From Balanoglossus misakiensis (Eukaryota > Animalia > Hemichordata), in assembly GCA_040954595.2 (NCBI GenBank), contig CM082591.2, positions 11,301,309-11,365,308 on the forward strand: a DNA stretch of 64,000 nt, in the 5' to 3' direction. The notes under the pieces are model-generated. The model saw only the letters and a list, made by a program, of their open reading frames with translations, was not told where the DNA came from and ran no database searches. Position numbers and translations under genes: made by a program. Positions 10,030-20,300 of the stretch are shown here, piece after piece (within the stretch, counting starts at the first letter, position 1; every line of letters begins with the position of its first letter).

Positions 10030-11520
10030 TTTTTAGGTCCCATTGGTTTTTACCACGGGACCTTATGGGATCGGTTGCGTCTGTATGTATGGATGGAAGG
10101 ATGTATGTATGGATGTATGGATGGATGTATGTCTGTATGTCCGTCCACAATCTGATTAAAATCAGATGTAGGGAACGGCGACTTGGTTATTTTATGCTGT
10201 CGCCTCACACTACATCTGACCAACTCTCAATGGAGATCTCGCTGAACTCTACGAGAATTACTGGGAATCTAATCCAATCAGAAGGCGCCTTATAGCAAAT
10301 GAAAGGCAACCCACAATCACATGACCTGGCCCCTTGCGGTTGTTACCATGGAGCTACCACAGACATATATCCCGGGCGCGAGAGTCGAATCAGCGTGGGG
10401 AATGGTTTCGAGCCAGTTCAGCGTGACGACTGAACCTCCACCGGTCAACGAAATGTATAAGACGTGGCAACAAGTCGCAGTACAATTGTTAGAGAATCGA
10501 TTACATTTGTGTAAGGCCGTCCCAGGGAGAGATTCTGTCGCCACGATCGTTTGTATACACGAGAGTGCACTGACTTGACTAGCTCTGCGTGCAGGTCTGT
10601 GTGTTCCCGGCGTTACACGGATGTTAGAAGAAGTTAATCGCATCATATTTGGGGTCGGTTGAAGTAGACAGGGAAAGGATTTTGCTTCGATAAAATCGAA
10701 TTTCGACAGAAAAAGCTGCGGTCGGGCGTCCGGGTCCGGACCGCAGACGCACCAGTTTTGTCTATGGGGCCTTATGCAGGGCTGTGGTGTGTCGGGAACA
10801 CATAGAATTGAACGCGGAGCTATGACTTGACATTCCTTAGCCGAAGTTAGCGTGAAATTTGGTTTATTTTTTATAAACTTTTACATGAAGTACGTCATTT
10901 TCCCGACTGGCAACATGACTACGAGGGCGAACGTGACTTGTTAGGAGAGTTTATAAATGATCAACGACAGTTCATCATTTGTATATGGCTACAGCTCGAC
11001 GTTTCCACTGCTCTGCGAAAACCACTCGCATACGATGACGCCAAACAAAGAAAGATACCATGGGATTACATGTAATTGTTCACAAGAGAAAGCCAATCTT
11101 TCGTATTCTGTGCGATACTCGAAGTCAACAACAACATTTCTCCCATCTCCCAGTGCAATTCTTTAGTCGGCATAACACGCAATCTGATTGGCCGGGTCGG
11201 AACACGAGAGTTGAGCGGGATCTCCATTGAGAGTTGGTCAGATGTAGTGTGAGGCGACAGCATAAAAAAACCAAGTCGCCGTTCCCTACATCTGATTTTA
11301 ATCAGATTGGTCCGTCCACATCAAAAACTTGAAAACCGCTGCGTGTATAACCTTGATATTTGGTGAGCTGATGCAGGCTGGGCTGTAGATGGTAGTTTGT
11401 TCAAATGAAGGTGTCATCGCCAAAAATATGCAAATTAGCTGGAAAAATGTGAATTTGGTCAAAACTCAGTAACTCAAGAACTACTGGTCAGATTGCTTTG
11501 CAAAGTGGTGTGTATTTACT
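10030..11520 (+). mobile_element. Helentron-associated (DINE-1/HINE-like) non-autonomous element, interrupted by MULE copy 2; 3' end approximate
   Basis: Begins in a T run; 5' hairpin AGGTCCC...GGGACCT is followed by a (GTAT/GGAT/GTCC)n microsatellite at about 10079-10147; the body resumes after 11318. Confidence 0.55.
10148..11309 (-). mobile_element. Non-autonomous Mutator-like DNA transposon, copy 2 (inverted relative to copy 1)
   Basis: Same TIR family as copy 1; exact 9-bp TSD GTCCGTCCA at 10139-10147 and 11310-11318; the interior is the reverse complement of copy 1. Confidence 0.88.
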
Positions 11521-12530
11521 TTATTGAGTTGTTTTAATTAGGCAGGAACTCCCTCCTGTGTTTCATATAAACACAGCAAATTCCTGAATGATTACATAAC
11601 TGCCTAAGTTTTATAGAGGCCAGCTGTTCTATTTAGTGTATGTACAGTACATATGCCATTGGCAGCTTATGGGTCAGTCAGTGTTTGCCCATTGATCTCT
11701 CTCTATGTGTGTGTGTGTGTCTGTCTGTCTGTATATGGCCATGTACTCCAGTGTAGACTTTTTCTTGTGTAATCCCTCAATGGGACCGCCGTGTCCTTGA
11801 CGCGATTTTTGTAATTTCTTGGTCCAATATTTTCCATTTCTCTTCGTGGCCTTGGCTGGTAACTGTGGATCGGGTCCACTCAAATCCAGAGCATAATGGT
11901 GTATTTGATATCATATCCATTAAAGCATTCATCTGATGGATATTTGAACCATTCTGACAGAACCATTGTGACAACAACGCTTTCCCGAAATCCTGGGGAG
12001 GCCACTGACGATCATCACCCTTTAACAAAGTGTGCTTTGAAATTTGATCACACTGTTTCCAAAAAGCCTACATCTAATTATATGGTGAATTAAAGCTGCA
12101 AGCAGTGTTTGTTGGGAACAAGCAATTCCCAGGATTCCCACAGAATATCAAGGATTATTTGTTGTGGATGCTGAGATATGGCAAAAGTAGAGCAAACGTC
12201 ACCCAGAGGTCACCCAAAATTTTGTCAAAAATTATTGATCATAAACTGAACTATGTCCACAAAAACTAGACTTCTTACTTTATTGGTTAGCCTAAAATGA
12301 GGTGTGTACATAATTAATGAGGTCAACATTGGTCAATGTGGTCCAGAAATTAACAATAATATTTTAGATGTGGCCTAAATCTATTCACCAAAGTACATTT
12401 ACTTTATGCTGCCATAAATTTCAGTCAGATTAACAAATGTGATCAATGTGAAAGAGAGCCGTCTCCTGATATATTGCCACTTTCTGTGAAGTGACTTTAA
12501 AAAGAAAATCATTTTGTTTGCATTCAACAG

Positions 12531-12821
12531 CAGCAGCAACAGCAGCAGCAACAACAAGCCAGCGGTACACAAGCAACCATTCCACCACCACAACAACAAC
12601 CAGCAGCAACACAACAAACATGGCAACAGCAACAGCAGTTCTTACAACAACAGCAATCACAACAACAACAACAACAACAGCTGTTGCTAGGACAGCAGGC
12701 ACGGCCACGACCACAGGTACCTCAGATGAGCTTGGCACCCAGCATGCAACAAACACAGCAACAATCAAGTAGTAGTCTGCTGGCTGATGACATGAGTCTT
12801 TTTGATATTCTGAATCAATAA
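12531..12821 (+). CDS. MED25: Terminal coding exon of probable MED25 (QQQQQQQQQASGTQATIPPP...SSSLLADDMSLFDILNQ*)
   Basis: Acceptor ttttgtttgcattcaacag; 97 codons ending in TAA at 12819-12821. The tail LLADDMSLFDIL resembles the acidic/hydrophobic end of human MED25 (VMEDDILMDLI). Confidence 0.8.
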   Translation, partial: QQQQQQQQQASGTQATIPPPQQQPAATQQTWQQQQQFLQQQQSQQQQQQQLLLGQQARPRPQVPQMSLAPSMQQTQQQSSSSLLADDMSLFDILNQ

Positions 12822-13726
12822 ATTCATACAGGAAACTGACTATAATGAACAGGAGACTGTTCATGCCTTCATTACCATTGTAACTTCTATATACTAAATG
12901 AAACCCAGATCCCCAAAGAAATGTCAGAAATTTCTCAAGGTATGCAGGAATTTTCAAATATTCCAGACAGTCAAGTGTTGGGGATTTGGAATATTTATCA
13001 TTCTCATCAGTATTTCCTGTACACACACATCCATTCCAAAGCTATCACCTCCATTCATTCTTCAGTGTTAAGTTCCTTGATTATAAAAAATAATAATTTT
13101 TAAACAGATCAAATAACACAGAATGGTTATTCCAGTGTAGTAACACAATAGACTTGTTCTGTACTAATTCTTCCATTAGCTTTACTTTGTTTCCATCTTA
13201 ATGCCTTATTTTAATATGACCATATTTGTATGCTATGACACATGTAACTGGTTTTCAGTGTCTATTGTTATACAAAGTCTGCCATACACAAAGCAACTAT
13301 GCATTGTCTTCTGGTGTGAAAAAAGATACCAAGGATGTAAATGGAAAGATTTTGAAGATGTATATGAAAGAATTTCAGTTTTATGTATATTTTTGTATTT
13401 CAAATATAGTTTTGAGACAAGATGTAGACAGGAATGGTTGACTTTGAAAGTGATATGGCAGTCATGTTGATACAACAATGGATGCCTATAAGTCTAAATA
13501 TTATGAGTGAAGGTTAGATGGTTGCCATGGCAACTGTAGAGTCAAAGTGGTGATCATGATGCAATAAACAGTTTGCCAACACCAAAGGATGCAGAAACTT
13601 AAACATCATGTTAAAGAATGCATAGGTTTTGCTCATCCCACAGTATGAAAGTATTTCTTGTCAGTAATAATGGTATTTCAAGTTCATAATGTGTTATCTT
13701 CCATCGTCAATATTTCATTAGTCTAG

Positions 13727-13938
13727 TTGTATAAAACGGGAAATTTTCACAAGCGATAAATTTGCATGAACTACCCAAGAACCAAAAAATTCGAAAAACA
13801 ACAAGTCACTTAAAAAAATGTTTTTAGCATAAAATGATGCAGTGAAATACGAGAACACGAAAATTAATCATTGTGTAACAGTTCCTACTTTTGATATTGC
13901 ACAAATTTCCTGTCGCGAAAATTTCCTGTATTACAGTA
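13727..13938. mobile_element. Degenerate MITE related to 5911-6115
   Basis: AAACGGGAAATTTTCAC near the left end and GAAAATTTCCTGTATTACAGTA at the right end; shares internal wording with 5911-6115 in the opposite orientation. Confidence 0.45.
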
Positions 13939-14321
13939 TGTAGCCATATTTTTTCCGCTTTCAATACTAACACCCGGATATCATGCATGCCACTGGCCCA
14001 ATAAAACCCCATACCCCTTGCTGGGAATTGTGATGTAACTAGCGTCTCCATAGAAGTCACTCACATAAACTGAGCAATGGTGATTGCTTGTAAGATTAAA
14101 GTGAAGGCAGAGCTAATTTAAATTCAAAATGGTACCCATCCTTAATCGAACATATGTATTCTTTGACCAATCATTGGAAAAACAAAGTCTGTAATTGACT
14201 TCAAGGGGACGCTAGTTACATCACACCTAGCAAGGGGTGTCAGGCTTCATTGGACCAGTGGCATACATGACGCTAGACTTTAGTTTGTGGAGGCAAAGCA
14301 GACAAAAAACGGCTATGTACT
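13936..14321. mobile_element. Old foldback MITE
   Basis: Imperfect ~115-bp inverted arms at 13936-14049 and 14205-14321 (e.g. gtgatgtaactagcgtc / gacgctagttacatcac; ccccttgct / agcaagggg). Confidence 0.6.
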
Positions 14322-14396
14322 AGACTAATATTTCATTAACGCCTGATCATTAATCTGGAGACTGTATCTCTAAAGTTGCTGTCTATCTCTCCCTTA

Positions 14397-14653
14397 AGGC
14401 TGCCGCACACAAGAGAAATCAGCTGAGCAAAACGTCATTCGAGGAATTTTGCCTGAAGCAAGTTTCTCTCGTGTGTGGTGGTTTTGAGTAATTTTCCTCA
14501 CAAGGAAAACATATCAAACATGTTGAATATCGTGATCCGCGGCACAAAAGTAAAAAGATCAGGAAAAATTGGCCGCGCACAGGAGGAAAATTGCTGAGCA
14601 AAATTCCTTGAATGACTTTTTGCTCAGCTAATTTCTCTCGTATGCGGTGGCCT
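14397..14653. mobile_element. MITE, possibly PIF/Harbinger-like
   Basis: ~55-bp imperfect TIRs (AGGCTGCCGCACACAAGAGAAATCAGCTGAGCAAAA... / ...TTTTGCTCAGCTAATTTCTCTCGTATGCGGTGGCCT) with internal sub-repeats; flanks TTA / TTC may be a degenerate 3-bp TSD. Confidence 0.65.
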
Positions 14654-15686
14654 TTCACAGCAATAGACAGCACTATGAGTGACTGAACTTCCAGTTGTAT
14701 ACCAATCATTTGTATAACCCAATCATAGACTTCATGTTATTGTTCATTTATCCATCCAATTTTGATACTCTTGTGTTCAGTGGAGCGTTAACACCAAAGA
14801 AGTCACACTATAACAGGGACAATCCAACACTTGCAAAAACATGGATTGCTCAGGTCAGCCTATCTGGTTACAGATTACCTGTGAACCAACTACTCCAGCT
14901 ATATGTGTTTCGTTATATACAGGGAATTGTAGGTTGTATGAGATGTGTTAATATTACACTCTAGCATGGGGCAATGTTCACACATATATATTTATCATGT
15001 GAAAGCCACAAAGTCACTAGCTCTTGATGTTCATTTTCTTTTTGTTGAATCATTTGATAAGTAATGACCTGCTTGCTGAAAATTGAATTGAAGCTGAACT
15101 CACAGCATATGTGTGGATATAACATGTTAATACTTCCATGTCATTATTTCTGTTACTGCGAAACGATTAAATAACACTAATGTCAAAAATAGCAATGCTG
15201 TCACTAATTTGAATGGATACCGATCCAGGGTTAACGTTTTATTGGGGAGTCTAACAGTGTTTGGAAATGTCACATTGTAATTTGAAAGATTGGGATTGGG
15301 CAGTGACAATGACATTGTTTGTGTACAGACTTTGCATGGAGATCTTTGAAAAGAGAAAAGTGATGTGTGAAAAGAATTCAGTCTGTGTGCTGATATCAGG
15401 TGCCTTCATTCGACTCTCAAGGAACAGTTTTGTAAAACAATTTACTTTTTGTGTGTTAGCATTGGTGGGATTAATTAAGCAAATACAGGTATACAATTTA
15501 GATAAACATGGAAAATTACCCCAAATTTGCACTTTTCCTATGAAGGCCACATTTTTGAATTTTCTTTTCTGCAGAGATGTGTGAGTGAACATGGTGAAAA
15601 TTCACCATACAAAAGTGTTCAAATTATCAGCCATAATATTCTGGATGGAGTTACCATCGGCCTATTTTCTTGGCACTCTCACTTAA

Positions 15687-15762
15687 CCCGTTCACCCCAG
15701 TTCCCTGTGTAGACATCCAACATTCCCATAGGAAATAATGGATTTCCATGGTGGTGAAAGGG
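15687..15762. mobile_element. Tiny piggyBac-like MITE remnant
   Basis: TTAA|CCCGTTCACC...GGTGAAAGGG|GTAA; the same end (TTAACCCTTTCACCACCATGG) occurs at about 2052, at the MULE copy 1 insertion site. Confidence 0.5.
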
Positions 15763-16591
15763 GTAAAAAAAGCCTGTAAACTAGTTTGAAAGTTTGTGTA
15801 TTAAGCATTTCAGAATCAAACTATTAGATGCGTGTGAAGAAATAAAGTCTGTTATAAGGAAGTGACCATAGTTGCCAAAGGATTAAAATCATGTTTTTAA
15901 TATCAATATTCACATAACATTGCTTTCTACTTTTCTTGAATTTCCTAACATTTTTTATTTTAACAAAAACAAGAGCCTTTCGTGACCACTTAATGACTTT
16001 CGAAAATATTTCATGTAATCAGCCATTCATTTGTCGTTTGTGTGAAGAATGACCCCCCTGGGCTGTAGAATCATGTATAGTGCTGAAGGAGACGCCATTC
16101 CTCCATATCTTTCATTTTGCATAAGATGCTAAGTTGGTATTTTCCACATATTGCTTATTTTATACTGAGAGTTTTGTATGTTATGCAGTTCTTAAGAAGA
16201 GCTTTTGACAAACATTTCAGTGTACTTTCAAGACTGCTAGAGTATGTAGATATCATATGCAGCATTAGGAAGGAATATCTTTGATATTTTTATTCCAACA
16301 ATTTTCCAATCATGATAAATAAGTAGACAGAGATATCATGTTAGGATTTTTGCATACTTTAAATAAATATTCTGATAAAATGAGTGCTTTTGTATGTCTC
16401 TTTGATTTCAGGTGAGGATTAGTATTTACTGTTGCTTTTTCCAGCACAGATTCCATTTAGAAGGCAATTGTGATGACCAGTATGTTCTGTCTGATTGAAG
16501 CAACTGAGTTTTCTTAGGATCTGAATATCGCTCCAACAAATGGTCTTGCTTACTTCCCTTTTTATCAGATTAAAATCAGATGTGGGGTTAA

Positions 16592-17310
16592 GGTGGCATT
16601 GCATGAAAAGTTGTGATTTTTGCCAAATTGTACCTTTTTACATAAATTGGTAGGCCTTATACTGACCCACACCCTGACTAATACGTCTTGGCGGAAATGG
16701 TGCATAATCACCCCAAAATAGCACTTTTCTGAATGAGTTCACAGCTTAACAAATAGGTGTCAACAATGCAAATGGCCGTTTTTTTCAGTTTGCATTTTCG
16801 CTGCTCTTGACAACTTCAGACGAAAATAGCTTCGCTCTGCGTTGGCCGAATTTGCTCAAATTTTAACTGGGGACTGTGTATGACCCATCCAACAAAACGG
16901 TATTTTTGTTAGTCGATAAAGTGTCCCTGGCGGGAATAAACTCTGATTCAATACTTATACAACTCACCGTGAATTTGATCAAATTTTACTAAAAATCTAA
17001 CTTTCAAACGCTGTTACTCCTCAATGGAAGCAGATAACGCTTTTTTGCACGTGTACTCTAGTTTCGAATGACATATTAAGATGCATGATGCATGGTCAAC
17101 TTTTTTACCTATTTTAAATTTCATGACATAATATCAAAAAATGTTTTTTTTTCACCCAAAATCGCCACCATTTCCGGGGATCAATAATATTTGCAACTCA
17201 AACAAAAGTTCAAAATCTCAGCTTCCAGAATATATATGGTTTATGGGGTTTTTTTCTTTGATGAGATATAGGCCTCTGAAAAAGTCTCGATGGTTTCATG
17301 CAATGCCACC
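16592..17310. mobile_element. Kolobok-like non-autonomous element (719 bp) at the satellite boundary
   Basis: TTAA(16588-16591)|GGTGGCATTGCATGAAA...TTTCATGCAATGCCACC|TTAA(17311-17314): a perfect 17-bp TIR with a TTAA TSD. Confidence 0.85.
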
Positions 17311-20300
17311 TTAATAAACGTTGCTGTATTTGGAAGCAACCATGTAAATTTTAGAACTACATTGTATCTGTCGATCTACCGAGTCTATCAGAAAACTTTC
17401 TCATGCGCATAGGTCTATCGTGTGTTCTGCGAATCACAACAGAATTTTGTAAACAAACGAGGCTGTGTTTGGAAGCATCCATGGAAATTTTAGAACTATC
17501 TGTCGATCTACCGAGTCTATCAGAAAACTTTCTCATGCGCATAGGTCTATCGTGTGTTCTGCGAATTACAACCGATTTCCTCAAATAAACGAGGCTGTGT
17601 TTGGAAGCATCCATGGAAATTTTAGAACTATCCGTCGATCTACTGAGTCTAGTGGAAAACTTTCTTATGCGCATAGGCATATCTATGTGTTCTGCGCATC
17701 ACAACAGAATTCGGTAAATAAACGAGGGTGTGTTTGGAAGCAACCATGGAAATTTTAGAACTATCCATCCATCTACAGAGTCTAGTGGAAAACTTCCTTA
17801 TGCGCATAGGCCTATCATGTGTCCTGCGCATCACAACAGAATTCAATTAATAAACGTGGCTGTGTTTGGAAGCAACCATGGGAATTTTAGAATTATCCGT
17901 CCATCTACAGAGTCTAGTGGAAAACTTCCTAATGCGCATAGGCCTATCATGTGTCCTGCGCATCACAACAGAATTCAATTAATAAACGAGGGTGTGTTTG
18001 GAAGCAACCATGGAAATTTTAGAACTATCCATCCATCTACAGAGTCTAGTGGAAAACTTCCTTATGCGCTTAGGCCTATCATGTGTCCTGCGCATCACAA
18101 CAGAATTCAATTAATAAAGGTTGCTGGAAATTTTAGAACTATCCGTCCATCTACAGAGTCTAGTGGAAAACTTTCTTATGCGCATAGACCTATCATGTGT
18201 TCTGCGCATCACAACAGAATTTTGTAAATAAATTAAGGAGGCTGTGTTTGGAAGCAACCATGGAAATTTTAGAACTATCCGTCGATCTACAGAGTCTATC
18301 AGAAAACTTTCTCATGCGCATAGGTCTATCGTGTGTTCTGCGCATCACAACAGATTTCCTTAAATAAACGAGGCTGTGTTTGGAAGCAACCATGGAAACT
18401 TTAGAACTATCCGTCGATCTACCGAGTCTAGTGGAAAACTTTCTTATGCGCATAGGTCTATCGTGTGTTCTGCGAATCACAACAGATTTCCTCAAATAAA
18501 CGAGGCTGTGTTTGGAAGCAACCATGGAAATTTTAGAACTATCCGTCCATCTACAGAGTCTAGTGGAAAACATTCTTATGCGCATAGGCTTATCTATGTG
18601 TTCTACGCATCACAACAGAATTTGGTAAATAAACGAGGCTGTGTTTGGAAGCAACCATGGAAATTTTAGAACTATCCGTCCATCTACAGAGTCTAGTGGA
18701 AAACTTCCTTATGCGCATAGGCCTATCATGTGTCCTGCGCATCACAACAGAATTCAATTTATAAACGTGGCTGTGTTTGGAAGCAACCATGGAAATTTAG
18801 AACTATCCGTCCATCTACAGTGGAAAACTTCCTTATGCGCATAGGCCTATCATATGTCCTGCGCATCACAACAGAATTCAATTAATAAACGTTGCTGGAA
18901 ATTTTAGAACTATCCGTCCATCTACAGAGTCTAGTGGAAAACATCCTTATGCGCTTAGGCCTATCATGTGTCCTGCGCATCACAACAGAATTCAATTAAT
19001 AAACGTGGCTGTGTTTGGAAGCAACCATGGAAATCTTAGAACTATCTGTCGATCTACCGAGTCTATCAGAAAACTTTCTCATGCGCATAGGTCTATCGTG
19101 TGTTCTGCGAATCACAACCGATTTCCTCAAATAAACGAGGCTGTGTTTGGAAGCAACCATGGAAACTTTAGAACTATCCGTCGATCTACAGAGTCTAGTG
19201 GAAAACTTTCTTATGCGCATAGGTCTATCGTGTGTTCTGCGAATCACAACAGATTTCCTCATCAAATAAACGAGGGTGTGTTTGGAAGCAACCATGGAAA
19301 TTTTAGAACTATCCGTCCATCTACAGAGTCTAGTGGAAAACTTTCTTATGCGCATAGGCTTATCTATGTGTTCTACGCATCACAACAGAATTTGGTAAAT
19401 AAACGAGGCTGTGTTTGGAAGCAACCATGGAAATTTTAGAACTATCCGTCCATCTACAGAGTCTAGTGGAAAACTTCCTTATGCGCATAGGCCTATCATG
19501 TGTCCTGCGCATCACAACAGAATTCAATTTATAAACGTGGCTGTGTTTGGAAGCAACCATGGAAATTTAGAACTATCCGTCCATCTACAGTGGAAAACTT
19601 CCTTATGCGCATAGGCCTATCATATGTCCTGCGCATCACAACAGAATTCAATTAATAAACGTTGCTGGAAATTTTAGAACTATCCGTCCATCTACAGAGT
19701 CTAGTGGAAAACATCCTTATGCGCTTAGGCCTATCATGTGTCCTGCGCATCACAACAGAATTCAATTAAAAAACGTGGCTGTGTTTGGAAGCAACCATGG
19801 AAATCTTAGAACTATCTGTCGATCTACCGAGTCTATCAGAAAACTTTCTCATGCGCATAGGTCTATCGTGTGTTCTGCGAATCACAACCGATTTCCTCAA
19901 ATAAACGAGGCTGTGTTTGGAAGCAACCATGGAAACTTTAGAACTATCCGTCGATCTACAGAGTCTAGTGGAAAACTTTCTTATGCGCATAGGTCTATCG
20001 TGTGTTCTGCGAATCACAACAGATTTCCTCATCAAATAAACGAGGGTGTGTTTGGAAGCAACCATGGAAATTTAGAACTATCCGTCCATCTACAGTGGAA
20101 AACTTCCTTATGCGCATAGGCCTATCATGTGTCCTGCGCATCACAACAGAATTCAATTAATAAACGTGGCTGTGTTTGGAAGCAACCATGGAAATTTTAG
20201 AACTATCCGTCCATCTTCAGAGTCTAGTGGAAAACTTTCTTATGCGCATAGGCTTATCTATGTGTACTACGCATCACAACAGAATTCGGTAAATAAACGA

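Noticed and set aside
11674-12030. Possible decayed retroelement fragment (KYWTKKLQ resembling a GIY-YIG tail; FPKSWG resembling LINE ORF2)
   Set aside because: The motifs are short, lie on conflicting strands and are interrupted by stops; not supportable without a database search.
12399-13026. Poly-Thr, poly-Val and poly-Leu ORFs (12491+, 12430-, 12399-)
   Set aside because: Alternative frames of the polyQ terminal exon.
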